Shown: positions 21,985 to 35,000 of the stretch, piece after piece | How the letters are laid out: each line of letters begins with the position of its first letter | Numbering within the stretch: position 1 is the stretch's first letter | Source: Hyphochytrium catenoides | Lineage: Eukaryota > Protista > Hyphochytriomycota | Direction: 5' to 3' | Length of the DNA stretch: 41,960 nt | Assembly: GCA_900088475.1 (NCBI GenBank) | Contig: FLMG01000070.1 | Location: 1-41,960 of the forward strand | The notes under the pieces: generated by a model | What the model was told of the DNA's origin: nothing | The model's input: only the letters and a program-made list of their open reading frames with translations | The model's database searches: none | Program-made: the position numbers and the translations under genes

Positions 21985-24900
21985 ATGACTGACAGGACGC
22001 TAAAAGAGAATGAACCAACCCGTCGTCCCAACCGACCCATTGATGGCGTCCTCAATCCCAAACTACAGTTTAGAAGACTCGGGAAGGAAGATGGAGCAAA
22101 TCCGCCACGAAAGCCGAGCGCCATCTTGCGAGCTCCTCACACAAAGCCTCTGCGACTCCCCATGGATCCCAGTGGGTCACTAAACTCCCGCAACGCTGGG
22201 GGCCCGATCCCCATCAGCCAGCAACGAACAGATTCAACCGTCCTGCACGGTGGCGTGAGTGCTCGAGGGCGTTTGGCATTGGTAAGTACTACCGACAGAG
22301 CTCTGTGGTTGACGCTAACAACCCTTTCTACTGCAGATGGCGGCACAAGCGGCTCTGGAGCATGGTTCTGGGCGGTTGTCCTCATCGGAGAGAAGTTCTG
22401 AGAGCTTTCAGGACCCTAACGGGAACAGGAACGTCCAAGCCTCTTCCTCTATGGGGCAGCAAGATAGCCGACCTGCGTCGTCCTATCAGAGGTCTTTGGG
22501 TCAGAGCTCTAGCGACCCAGGTGCACTGTCTACGACGATGAGAAGAGAGGGCAAACCTGCTTCGTCACACCACACTCTCATGCCCGAGAAGTATGCGGCG
22601 GCCTCCCGGCCCGTTTGTTTGATTGAGAAGTCCGCTGGCCCTAAGAGCGACGGTCTCACTCCGAAAGCTCAACAAGACTCCACGACCCCTCAAGAACGCT
22701 TAGCTCCAAACTCCATTGAAGGAAACTCAACGGCACCTATTCGTACCCACTGTCCAGTTGCCGGTGAAAGCCACGTTGGTGAATTGATTTCTCTTGATGA
22801 GGAGCGTCCAGGGTCTGAGGTGAGCAAGGATGACTTTATTGCGGTTGCTTTCGGGCAGAGGGGTCCATACCTTGGTTGTCGTTCAGCCTATCAACCTCGC
22901 CTTCTACTACTGGGTTGCCTACTGGGTTGCCGTACCAACCCTGTTTATTAGTGCCCGTTGGATATCCTTTCTGTTACAAGCTTGAGTGCAAAAGTCATTG
23001 TGCCCTCTGACACTCTGACTCCTATCGTATAATATGTACATTCTTCACGAAGGCACCTGTACACAAACCCAAGCAAGCATCGACGACCACCAATCGGGAG
23101 AAGTCTCTTGCCGTTCCTACACCTCACAATTCTCTCGCGGGCCGTACTCAGGGTGAGTGCCATGCTCGAGATCCATTCATAGCAGTGTTAACGTCGATCT
23201 CCTTTTACAGGTCAGAAACAGTCAGACACGATATCCAACGCCTTGGACACCGATCTACTTGACGGAAGAGCAGTGGAACCTGCCCCCGGGGCCAATGTCT
23301 TGCAAACAAAGCGCAAGATGGCTTTTTACAAGCTCGATGGTGACTCTTCAATCACCGCCCCGATGTATGTTTTCAGTGGTCAAGCATCGTTTGTCAGTTG
23401 GACGACTCATCCACCACGCCACTATCCTGACGTCTTAGGAAGTCCATAGCTGCCGGCCCTGGAAAGCATACCCATCAAAATCATTCGGATCAAAATGAGC
23501 CAGAATCTGGACTAAGCGAAAGAAAGACTACCAGTAAGATACTTTGGACTTTGCTTGACAGTCCCTAGCTTATACATGACAAAACGATGGGTTATTAGAT
23601 TCTGGCGCATCGCGTTCAATCTGCTTTGCTGCGGAGAGCAGGGTCACATCCATCGCTATATCTCTTGACGGTCTCTACGTGATAGCCGGCTGTGACGATG
23701 GTCTGGTGAGGAATCATTTATACTGTTCGGCGAAAAGGCTAGGCTTCTAACGTACAGCTGCATTGCGACTTATAGATCCGTCTCTATGATATGGCTTGTA
23801 CATTGCAAAGCGACCGGTACGTATCGCGACTAGCCTGCTCACCATTGCCCGCAACTGCAATAATGCTGAGGGTGACCCTGCTTTCACAGGTCGGGCCACG
23901 TCATCGGTCAGCTTCAAGGCAGTGGTCGCGTAATAGTAGCGGTGCATACCTCCGATGATGGACGATTCTGCTTTGCCGGCGCCCGGATGGGATCGAGCGA
24001 AGTGCTAGCCTTTGACTTAGAGCATTTCACCCTTCTTAAAAGTAAGTTAAAAGTTGCTTCAAGTGTCTATGACTGCTGTTCCTTTTACTAATCCCCTTTA
24101 ACCTCCCCTCAGAGAGACGAGGCTTCACTTCTACGCAGGGGCTCCGCGTCTACAAGCATAGCGATGCAAAGATGAAGGTAAGCATGTTGTTTATCTCTCG
24201 TTGATAACCTTGAATAACGCGGTACGTGATAGGGTTTGGCAGCCGTAATTCAAGCATCGTCAAAAGCGAGTGACGCAGCAACTGCCTTTTTCCCGGCTGA
24301 TAACTGGTAAGCTTCCGTCCTTCGCTTTCTCTAAGCCCTTTCTGATCGCTATTTCAGCCGTCGGGAGTACCGTTTGGTTTGCGGCCTCGGCATCAAGCCT
24401 TGCCGTGTCTGGAGTTTTTCTGCAATTGGGGATGAAGTACCTATTTGGAGCTGTATATTTGACGAGCATACCAATGGGTAAGAACGGCCATCTTGTTATG
24501 CTCCAGAAGAACTCTAGTTGACACTCATCGTCTGGCTCTTATGCATCAGGAATACTATGTTGTTAGCGTCGCTGACTCGAAACGGGACGGTACTTTACTT
24601 AAATAAAGGTTGCTTTACAGTGCCAGTTTGCTGACTCTCTGCATCTCTTGCTAAGGTCCTTTACTCAAGATCTGATGACAAGAATCTTCGGGTTTGGGAT
24701 TTACGCAAGACCGAGGGACGTTCTACTCCGTATCGTGACATTCCTGGTACTAAGGTATACGTCAATTGTCTGATATGGAGAAGGGCCCAGCTTAGCCAGT
24801 GGAATCTGTTCAATAGGATATCAAGACTATTGTTGGAGACACAGGCTTTGGAGGAGGGGAGAGTATTGTTATCATGGACCTTCAATCACGTAAGCTTAGC

Positions 24901-27045
24901 TTCCATCTGTCAAGCCGGCAAGCTTCTTATCACAGGGCCCCTTTTGTAGAACAACGTTTGGAGGTGGAATTTCCCGCCGAAACAGCTTCTTCTACGGGTT
25001 CCAAGCGCCGTCGTTGCATGCGCTCAGTTCTTGATATTGCAGGGACCCAGGTACTACTCTTCCGGTCGGCAATGCGCTGAAAAGGTTGACATTCTGTTCA
25101 AACTCGTGGCAGGACAATTGTGTGGCCTTGGTCTCATGCACAGACGGCAAGCTATACAGAGTGGACTATACCTTCGAGGATCCTGCGAGTACGTTCAGGT
25201 TAGAATTTTTTCGAAGCCAATTCCCATCGCTAACGTCTCCCTTCCTACCCACCATTAATAGTGAAAAGACAACCTGCAGCGACAATATCGACTTTCTCTA
25301 TACCAGGCATTGCAACAAGCGATGGGTCTTTACTGCTGCGACTTGCCACTGTTAAACGGTCCCCTGCTTTTGAGCAGCTCCCTATGTTGCTTATTGCTGA
25401 CAATGGAGGAAAGGATGTTGATACCGTGCTGAGGGTTGCAGAACTTACCGAAGAGGCAAGCAGCGACAACTCTAAGAGGAACGAAGAACCAATTTGCTGG
25501 TGGTGCAGAGAACCGGGCGTCAGTCACTGGAAGGAAGAGGAAGAGGTACGCCGTCAATCATGTTGTGTCAGGGTTTCATATAATCATCATTTCTATTTTG
25601 TTAGGATGACGATCAACTGTCAATTGACTTAGGACATCCTTGTACAACAAAGGATGTCCGTCAGGAGAAAGTCATAGAGAGAAGATGCAATGGCATATCG
25701 CTCAAGCACCGGTCCTCTAATCCTGTGCCAGTTCAAAGTGACCGAAAGAAAATGAAGACAGGGAATGCCTATCTCTCGTCACAGGAGACTGGGGCCGCCT
25801 CCAAGGAACGGGAGAATGATGGAAAGCGCAGAACAAGTCTTTCTACTAAGCAGTCAAACAACATTCAGGTCTGATGCTAAGGCCTTCCTTCCATTGTGCT
25901 CAATACTCACCCAGTCAACCAATGGCAGAAAATGGCATCAACCGACCAAGTATTCGGTGCAAGCCGGAAAGGCGGTCACGAACTCCCAAACGAGGAGTTC
26001 TTCTGGGCACAACTAGTTGAAGTAGAGAGGAAGTGGAAGGATACTATGGCCAGAAAGCTTCGTCAGGAGCGAAAGAAATTTGAGGAGAAGATGAGCGAAG
26101 TAAGGGGGCTCACATTGTGGAAAGGAGTATACGTTAATCTGACCTCCACCCTTTTTCTTGTCGCAGGTGACGGCCGAAGCCGACCGACGTTTCCAGGAGG
26201 AGAAGCGTCTCAGGTAAGGACATGGCACGATCTAGGATAGCGACCGTCTGCACTCTCACCCGCATCGTCTGGCTGTTATTTGACCATGCAGGAAGCAGTG
26301 GAATCAGACAGAACAGAGGCTAGTGCGCCAAATTCAGGACGGTTAGACACTTCCAAGGCCACTTTCGTTAAATCCTCCAATATTCGGACTTACAATCCTA
26401 TCTATCGTCATAGAACGGAGTCGGGCCGAGCGAGCGGAGCAGAGGGCCCGAGAAGCAGAAGAGCAGCTACTAAACGTACGGGATACCCTTGAGTGTTATC
26501 ACAAGACTCAAAAAGAGCTTCTGGAGTCAGAGAAGAGATATAGAGTGCTTCGAGACGGGGGTACCGAACAGATGGACCAGCAGGTAGGCTACCATTAGAT
26601 TGCCATCTATCTTTTGCATACAAACACTCTTGACTCTTGGCCCAGGCACTCACGGAGATTGGTTTGCAACTGACCGATGCTTTGACTAAAAACAACCAGC
26701 TAAAGGTATGACAATATGATGATGTCATTTTCAACCATCCGGCCAGCTATCTGTGGTCATGTGGAGGTCTAGTGCTTCTTCCGGTTATTCCCATCCCTTG
26801 AACTCTTTCTGCCCTTTCATGTCATGTCCGCCGAGGACTAAGGTTATGTTGGTTACCAGATGCTGAAGTCTCTGCCCTCTATGTGCGTGGTGTGTCGAGT
26901 GGCTCGAGCATCTTATATCATTGACCCCTGCGGCCACTACTGCCTCTGCGAGAAAGACGCTCTGGAGTACGAACAGAGAAACATTCCAACGTGCCCTGTC
27001 TGTCTTGGTCCAAGGCAGAAGCAGATGAAAGTCTTTGCGGCGTAG
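21985..27045 (+). CDS. Multi-exon protein: disordered N-terminus, WD40-like beta-propeller, coiled coil, C-terminal RING-HC (putative E3 ligase)
   Basis: In-frame introns (e.g. 22255-22336). Exon peptides RVTSIAISLDGLYVIAGCDDG, VHTSDDGRFCFAG and SDDKNLRVWDL. Coiled coil at about 26000-26350. Final exon CVVC..PCGHYCLC..CPVC. Confidence 0.7.
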
Positions 27046-27175
27046 ATGCTGCTCAGCGTTCCATCTTGTACTCTTCTCAAGAGTTGCTTATCTATCACAT
27101 TCCTTTCATTTCACTGTGCTCATCAAGCCACAGGCATCAGTTAACGTTTTGTCCTACCTTCATTTATTATACAAT

Positions 27176-30100
27176 CTAGTTCTCCCACAGTGATGCATCT
27201 TCATCACTGGACCACCCACATTCCTCTGCTCGAGAGTTATTACTTCCTCCTTTATCAAACACCATCCTACGAGCGAGAATAGCAGCAATACTCTTCTCGA
27301 CGCCTTCCGCGGAGGCAGACAGCCGGTGAACGGGCACCGGTAGCCGTGTTTGAACTCCTCGCAGTGCTCGAGGCTGGATAACAGGTGTGCAAAAGCCCGA
27401 CGAAGAGAAATTGGGATTGGATTGTCATATTGTTCCGGGTTAGCGAGCGTAACGGGTCGTTGGTGACGGTGAAAACAATAACTTACCTGCTTTATGTCAT
27501 CAAGGAGAGAAGTCGTCGTAGGGCCACGTACTGGCGCAACTGGGCGGGGAGGAACCTTGCGATGGGGTCTTATGTGAGAGGATGTAGAATGTTCTGAAGG
27601 GATAATAGTCATACTAAAATCTTGACGAGAGACGAGTGTGTTCTAAAAGACAAAGCAAACTAGGCCAGGACACGGCAGGAAGGTTGGACTGGACTCCTTG
27701 TACCTCTGTTTTCTTTAGGCTCTTCGAGCCATGCTGTAGCTGGCTCAGAAATCCTTTACTGCTAGATCCTTGACTTTGTTCTTGTTTGACCAGTGCTGAC
27801 TGGTTTGTTAGCTGCTTCGAGGGGCGAAAATCAAGCAGTGCCGATCGTTAGCTAGAACATCCTAGAGCTTTGCTCCTGCAAGAGGTTGCTTTGCACACCA
27901 TTCCGCGCCGCGTTCGTTGCCTGCCATACCTGGACGCTCACTTCGGGGCTCTTTCTCAGCTGCTGAGCCCGTCGCTGAAGCTGTTGAACGAATATGGAGT
28001 CTGGTGGTTCGTCGTCTTCCACATCCGTCTTGCCCTGTTTCACAGGGCTTCCTCCACTCTCGGAGGTTGCAGCTTCCAGCCCATTTTGTACGGAGAAAAA
28101 CCATGGCATCTCTGTGGCACTCCCATCCGGGGTAGGAGGCACAGCTGCAGGTACGGAGATCTGCTCTAGGACGTCTGCTAAGGTAGGTCTCGTCCGCCTC
28201 GGCAGAAGTTACAGCAGAAGCTGGTTCTAATAGAGAAGTGGAAGACTGCACAGCGGGCCTCGCAGTAGAGACACAGGCACCCGGAGCCGAGGGTATGGTC
28301 CCTTGACCCAACTTTCTTAAGGTGATGGACTCCACGCCAGAGAAAGAGAGCCGCGCGGCTTCATCTGGGGCAACACATAGTCCATAAGCGTTTTGTATGG
28401 AGTCTCAGCCATACTCATGGGCAACTGTGGATCATAGGGAGATAGCATTGTAGGCAAGCGTAGTAGGCGAGTACTGCGACGGCTTCAGCTCCCCAACCTT
28501 ACCTTCATCTGAACTGGATTCACTCCCCGTGACATTCTGGCTAGCTCTCCTTCGAGCTTCCATAGAGACGAAACGAAGACACAAATATCAGAGTCAACAC
28601 CTTCGACAACGTCGTGTACCGGTAGGCTGATGAAGGGCGAAAGGAGAGAGAGAAGTAGCCATAGACACAGCGAGTGAGAGAGAGAGAAAGAGAGCGAGAA
28701 AGGAGAGACAGAGAGAGAGAAAGGGAAGAGAGAGCGAAAGGTATGCGAGGAGGGTCGTCACACACCTGGGCCGCCGACAGCGGAACTGCCGACTTTCAGG
28801 GAAACCACTTTCACGGAGTGTGAACCTCCTCCTTCTGTTTTCGATCTCTCTCTCCCGCCCTCCTTACTTTCCGCGTTCGGGCGAGATTCCGGCGAGTGGC
28901 TCGGTACATAGGGCTCAGGGAAGAGCGCTCCGGTGATTTTAGGTGGAAGCTCTAGAGCCTGCGCCGTCGAGCCCATGTCCTTACGACTATATTTGGGCGA
29001 AAGCAAAGGCGCCTCTATCTTTGCCTTTTGAGCAGCTCCAGTCCCTCTCCTAAACGAATGTACTTTCAGAAAGATGGCCAACAGGGTAGACAGTGGCCGG
29101 TTCTCACCTTTGCCATACTTCTCTCGCCATGCTAGGATGGTGGACTGCTTCTCTCCGTCGACAGCGTCTTTGATCTTTCTAACGGCGCGTAGCCTTTCCA
29201 TTCTCCGCCTTCTTCGTTGTTCCTTTTCCTCAACCTCCATTGTTGCTGCCTCCTGCCGCTCCTACAAAGGAGTAAGAGAGGTGGATGGGGAATATGAGAT
29301 TATAGGAAGTCAAGAGAGGAACATTTGCGCCCAACAGATGTATCCTCAGACAAAGAAGAACGGGAAGAGGTTGGGCCGTCTCCCGCGCTTACCTTTTCCT
29401 CCTTTAGCCAGTTTGAACGGAAGATTGAGGGATCAGAGAACGCTTTGGAGACGATTGCTTCACCTTCACCTACTAATGCGTCCAGCTATTGAGAAGAAGA
29501 AGAATAAGGTGGCTGACAACAAGGAATGGACAAAGGAAGCGAATGGCATTTGGTGGTGAGAAAGACGGCGGGAAGAGTGAATTGGCCGTTCTAGCAGCAC
29601 AATGTGGGACGGAAAAGCAGCGTGCCGGAGTGGGAACACTTGAGATGAGAGGAAAGGCGAGGGAGAACGAGACCTTGCCAAGGTCCGGCATGTCCTCACA
29701 TTGCTCGTACAGCAGCCCGAGCTCACGAGGCATGTTCCTAGTGGGCAGAGTCAGCAAACAATAGGGTCAAACGTCATCCCAACGTCCGTTCACTACGTCT
29801 AAGCCTTTTTCTCCCTCTTGGTCCTAAGATTCTTCTTCTCATCTCTTTCAGGCCAGCCTTACCGGGAGCTGAATAAATCTTGCCGCAGGAGCTGCTGTGG
29901 TGGCTTTCTGTCAACACAAGCCTCTCTTTTAATAGCTGTGAGTTTCTTCCCCTAGCGACACAATAAGTCACAGAGATTGAGGTCACGAACGCTTGGAGAG
30001 GGACTTAATTTCCAAGGAGAAAGAACCTCATGAAAGCAAGACGCAATGTCAACCTAGTCATACCTCGCTCATGGTCTCTGTCCTGCTCCTTCCTTCTTGG

Positions 30101-30545
30101 TCCCGTAGCATGTGGAGTCGGCCATCTAATGTACTGATGCGGCTGCTTACCTGTCGACTAAGCTCAAACAACTCGTCGAACATATCAGCAGCTATCTCTA
30201 CCACTTGGCCCAGCTGCTGTAGCATCCGGATCATTCTGGGAAGAACAGATGAAGGAGAGCAAGGATCCAGCACAACGGAAAGAGGAAGAAACACTTAGCA
30301 AGGAGAAGTGACAGCGGTGGCGATGGAACTCACGCCCTCTTCAACCTTTCTATGTTTCCATCTTTGTTGGTCATTCTATTATATATAATAGCCCCAAGGT
30401 GTAGAAAGGACTACGAGGTAGGGGCTAACCTTGCTGTCTGGATACTCTTCAGCGTTTGCTTCGGGCCGGCCGGCGGCGACGAGGTGTAGAGCTCCGGGCT
30501 CGCGAAAGATAAGGGTGTCTGCACCTTCACCAGCGGAAGAGGCAT
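27176..30545 (-). CDS. WAVE/SCAR: SCAR/WAVE-family Arp2/3 activator (multi-exon)
   Basis: N-terminus MPLPLVK. WAVE homology domain LQQLGQVVEIAADMFDEL..SSRISTLDGRL, MPRELGLLYEQCEDMPDL and LDAL..AFSDPSIFRSNW. Basic region EKEQRRRRRMERLR. After intron 27374-27486 the C-terminus reads SLLDDIKQ|PRALRGV (WH2), SIAAILARR (C) and SSDEDASLWEN* (acidic + Trp). Confidence 0.9.
28670..28740. repeat. Imperfect (GA)n microsatellite, intronic
   Basis: GAGAGAGAGAAAAGAGAGCGAGAA... Confidence 0.8.
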
Positions 30546-30571
30546 CTTTTCACCAGCGGAAGAGGCATCTT
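30526..30571. repeat. Perfect 23-bp tandem duplication spanning the WAVE start codon
   Basis: TTCACCAGCGGAAGAGGCATCTT x2 (30526-30548 and 30549-30571). Confidence 0.95.
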
Positions 30572-31212
30572 TGATCGGATTGAAAATCCAGTTCTCTTCC
30601 GTCAAAGGAGAAGAGTACATCCACGTAGACCTAACGAGGAGCGTCTTGTTGTCGATCGCCGCAGTGTGCCGCGGTGGGAAGCACCGACGAACGAGCCACC
30701 ACCAATCAAAGCTGAGGAGGTGGCCACAACTGCCCGTGCGGCCTGTTCTCTAAGGTCTAAAATATTGCTCCTCGTCGAGATCTGACCTCCTCCTCTATCT
30801 TACTTGCTTGAGGCTGGGCTGAAAGTCTGACAAGGAAGACGGCTGCTATGCTTTGAAGGCCAGGCGGGGAGGATGAAGGGGTTTAAGCGGGCGAGGAGGC
30901 GGACAAAGAGGCGGTAGTAGAGTAGAGAGACAGACACCAGCTTTGGGGACGACAAGGTGAGAGATCAAAGAAAGTGGAGAGCGACTCTGAGGCACTCCAA
31001 GCTTCTTGATTAGAGAAAGAAGACAAAGGAGTAGTATAGTAAAGCCAGGCAGACGGACCCCTAAGACGGAACAACAGTGCTACGCCGAGGTGATCTATCC
31101 TGAGCTGCAGTGAGGCGATGGACGGGTCATGGAAGGGGAAAGACGAAGAGGGATCCAGGCCGAAACGAAGGCTGCAAACTGAGTGACAGAGGGGCATGAG
31201 GGGGGCCATGGG

Positions 31213-31239
31213 AGGAGAGAGGCAGAGAGAGAGAGAGAG

Positions 31240-31305
<66 letters not shown>
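31213..31305. repeat. Compound (GA)n(GT)n(GA)n microsatellite
   Basis: Directly visible in the sequence. Confidence 0.95.
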
Positions 31306-31307
<2 letters not shown>

Positions 31308-31664
31308 GTTTGATAACCTTTCGCGTTCCCTACGAAACTACCCAGATTCGTGCGCCTCGTTATGGAGGCTCAAGCAATCTGTCTCTTAGTGCGCTCAATA
31401 GGGCCACTACAGACTTCCTCCGGGAGTGGACTGTGCGTAAGTTTGCCTAATGGCGCTAATTATAAAAAAAGAGGCTCATTTCGGAAGAAGTAAGGTGAGA
31501 CAGAGACTAAAGAGATGGGTATAAGAGCTGGACGCAGACCGAATAATGATAGACAGAATCCCGCTAGAGACACCACAAAGCACGAGACAGAGAAAGTTCT
31601 GGTCGGCCTCATGTCTCATAAGCAGTTGTTTGTCCTCTGTTCGCATCGTGATTCTTACCTTCAC

Positions 31665-31790
31665 TTCTCTTTCTCTCTCTCTTCCTTTCTCTCTCTCTCC
31701 CCACCTCTCTCTCTCCCCACCTCTCTCTCTCCCCACCTCTCTCTCTCTCTCTCTCTCCCTCTCTCTCTCTTCTCGTTTTTCTTTCTCTCG
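31665..31790. repeat. (CT)n / CCCCACCTCTCTCT microsatellite
   Basis: Directly visible in the sequence. Confidence 0.95.
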
Positions 31791-32089
31791 CTTGCTCCCT
31801 CCCACCTGATGCTCTCATAAGCATTTTCAGTTGGCGGATTGATCTTGAAGCGAGAGAGAGAGACGGGGTCTGGACAGGAGGGTCGAGCCGAGTGAGAAAA
31901 GGAAAGAGAAACAAAGAGATCAATAGAAGAGGCGTTCGAAGGGCCAGCGTAGTTGTTCCCGCACCTTGACCATGGCTGGCACTAGCTACTGACCTAGACT
32001 CAAGCGAGGGGCAGAGCTTGGATGCAAGAAACAAGTCTGGACCGCCAGTCCCCTTGCCTTGGCCTTTCACTGACCGTCTGGTTAGAGCC

Positions 32090-35000
32090 ATGATGGATTT
32101 GCAGGTGACTTTGCCCGAAGACGATGGAGGAGAGCCACGCGGAGTGTTGAACTCTCCTCGTCATGTGGGGAGCGCAGGGAAATACCGTTATCTCAGCCCT
32201 GATCAATTGAACCAGACCGCTGAGCCGTATGAGTACGCTGTCATCTGCTATAGAAGGTAAGCAGAACTTCTGCCGCCTCTGTGAGTAACAAGGATGCTTT
32301 AGATTGGCTAACGTGCCTCTCCTCTCCATCTACCTCTTATGATGTCGTACTCTGTCTCTCGCCTTGGCTCTCTCCCACTCGCTCAAAGATTGCCACGCGG
32401 TCGAAACTGCTGTAGAAATGGAGCGAACCGCACAAATGTAGGAGATTCTGACGACAGCAGCGCAGATGGCACAGCTGCACAGCCTCACAGCCCAATCTTC
32501 TTGGAGAAGGGGTCGTCTGAGGTGCACAGAAACATTATAGACGCGCTCTGTGAGCAGGGCCTGGAGGTGGACGTGATCGATGGAGGCCACTCGGGAGGGG
32601 ACATGACCAGCGATTTCGTCATTCTCCTTCTCCGCGCCTCAGAAGTAGTGGTCCGCNNNNNNNNNNNNNNNNNNNNNNNNNNNNNNNNNNNNNNNNNNNN
32701 NNNNNNNNNNNNNNNNNNNNNNNNNNNNNNNNNNNNNNNNNNNNNNNNNNNNNNNNNNNNNNNNNNNNNNNNNNNNNNNNNNNNNNNNNCTCCTCGTCGC
32801 TGGCTTCGTCTGTTTTCTGATCGAGTGCATAAACCTCACTATCGAGATCTGTCTACTTCTCTTCATAGGACTCGTTAGCACTATCTCTTCTACCTACCTT
32901 TTTTTTTGAAAGTCCTTCGCCGATAGGAGGACAAAGAAAGAAGACACTAGCTCAGAAGACACTAGCTCAGAATCCTCCCTGTCATCAGATTTCTAGACGC
33001 TGGCTTCCTCCTTTCTCTGATCGACTTCATTAGCACTATTCCCTAACGTCCATTTCCTTTTGCCCGTCATCCTTAGAGGACAATGAGGCGTTCACCGCTG
33101 CTGAGCGCATCGAGATAATGGACATCATAGTCAGACAGGGAGCCAAGCTCAGCACGAGGAATCCCTGGATCAGAGCAATGTTCCCTGTGCATGATGCAGA
33201 AGTTACTGACGGATTGATTCGGAAGTGGATCAGCTGGGAGTCGTTTGGGCGGATGGAGAGGCAAAGAGAAGAATTCATCGAAGCTGTCCGGCACCAGTTT
33301 GGAGAGAAAGTGGCTTACTACTTCGCCTTCGTGGACTTTTATAATCGTAGTCTTCTTCCAGTTGCAGTGCTTGGGGTGGTAGTGTGGCTAGTGAAACTGA
33401 CTTGGGGCACGGAAGACTACATGCGCCTCCTTCCGTTCTGGGGCATCCTTGTCTGTGGAGTTTGGTCCTTTACGTTTCAGACCCAGTGGGACCGAAAGAA
33501 CGCTGAACTCCAGTTCCAATGGAGCGATAAGGTGAGCAGCAAGCAGATCGAGCACCCCAAGGAGGGATTTTACGGGACAAAGAAGGTGGACAGCGTTACA
33601 GGACAGCAGGAAATTGTTTATTCGCCTTGGAAGAGGTATCCTAAGTACTTCTGTGTCCTCCTCTTTATGCTGGTCCAAATCAGCATCATGCTGGTGTGCG
33701 TGGCGATCTGGGTCAGCATCTACGAAAGCATCAAGGTTCATGTACCTGGAGGAGGTCTATTCTCCCTTCAATGGTGGCTTATCCTCCTTGAAGGCATCGT
33801 GTTTGGCCTCTTCGTGGACGTATTCCAGTGGTCTTACGTGGTGGTGAACGTCGCTCGAGCGTTCACTGAGTGGGAGAATTATCCTACAGAGGAGTCTTTC
33901 GAGAAGGCGCTGATCCGAAAGCTCTTTGTGATGGATTTTCTGAACTACTATACTTGGTTCTTTTTACTGGCGTTTGTTTACGTGATACCGGGACTTGGAG
34001 ACCAGCTCACCAACCAGCTTAACCACTTCGTCTTCAAGGACCCGCTAAACTGCTGCTTTGGTCCCTATGTGGACGATGATGGCAGCAGCTGTAAGGCCTG
34101 CCCTTCACACCCAGACCTTGGCTCGTCCTGTTCCCCTTGCAAGGGCTCCTTTACCTTTGACAGAGAGCATGTGGACCTTTCTGCCATGTTTGTCACTCCT
34201 ATAGTTGTGACACAAAGTCTCAATATGCTGGTGGCCACCTTGATGCCTCTCTATGTCAAGAAGAAGCAAAGTGAGGCACGCATGCGTGCCGACAAGAAGG
34301 CAGCCAAGAAGGTAAAGGAGGCCGGCGGGCTTCAGATCATCGCATCGTTGGACTACACAGAAGAAGGGAGTAAAATTGGAAACAAAACGCAGCAGCGCTA
34401 CCTTCAGTACAATGCTGTGGAGCTGGAAGTGTTGGATGCGAAGGTGCTACATGCAATGCCCTGCCCTCTCCTTCTCTCTTGCATTTCACTTTGCGCTATC
34501 CCGTGCCGTACTCTGTAATCTCTATCTAGATTGAGTGTCGGTATGTTAGGGCTGTCTCTCTTCTTTCCTATACACGGTCTGCGTCGCAGTCTTTGTGACT
34601 TTCCCCTGTCTTTCCTCAGGAGAAACTGTTGCTGGGCAGCTCCTCTACGTGTCCTTGTGTGACCACCTGTCTCGGGCTCTAACTCCTCAATTGCCTAGGC
34701 AAGAGACATACTGTTCGAGAGTGAGCAACCCTGCTATGATCCTTATGACGACTTCCACACCATCACCGTGCAGTTCGGCTTCACCGTGATGTTCTCCATT
34801 ATTTGGCCGCTGATGCCCCTTGCCTGCATGGCAATAAATGCGGTAAAGATCAGGGCCGATGGCTTCCGCCTATGTAGGACGCTACAGGTATGAGCAGGTC
34901 CAAGTGGTGGCGGCATCCACCTCAGGTTGGCTTTGGTTCCTCAGGCGAGCCCTTGCTTATATCGAATTTTACCTATATTCTCAGTAACTCTACTCTCCGG

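Noticed and set aside
31183-32091. ORFs rich in ER/LS dipeptides
   Set aside because: Translations of GA/CT microsatellites.
32798-33040. Short repeats beside the gap (GAAGACACTAGCTCA x2; CGCTGGCTTC..TCTGATCGA x2)
   Set aside because: Small intronic duplications with no evidence of function.
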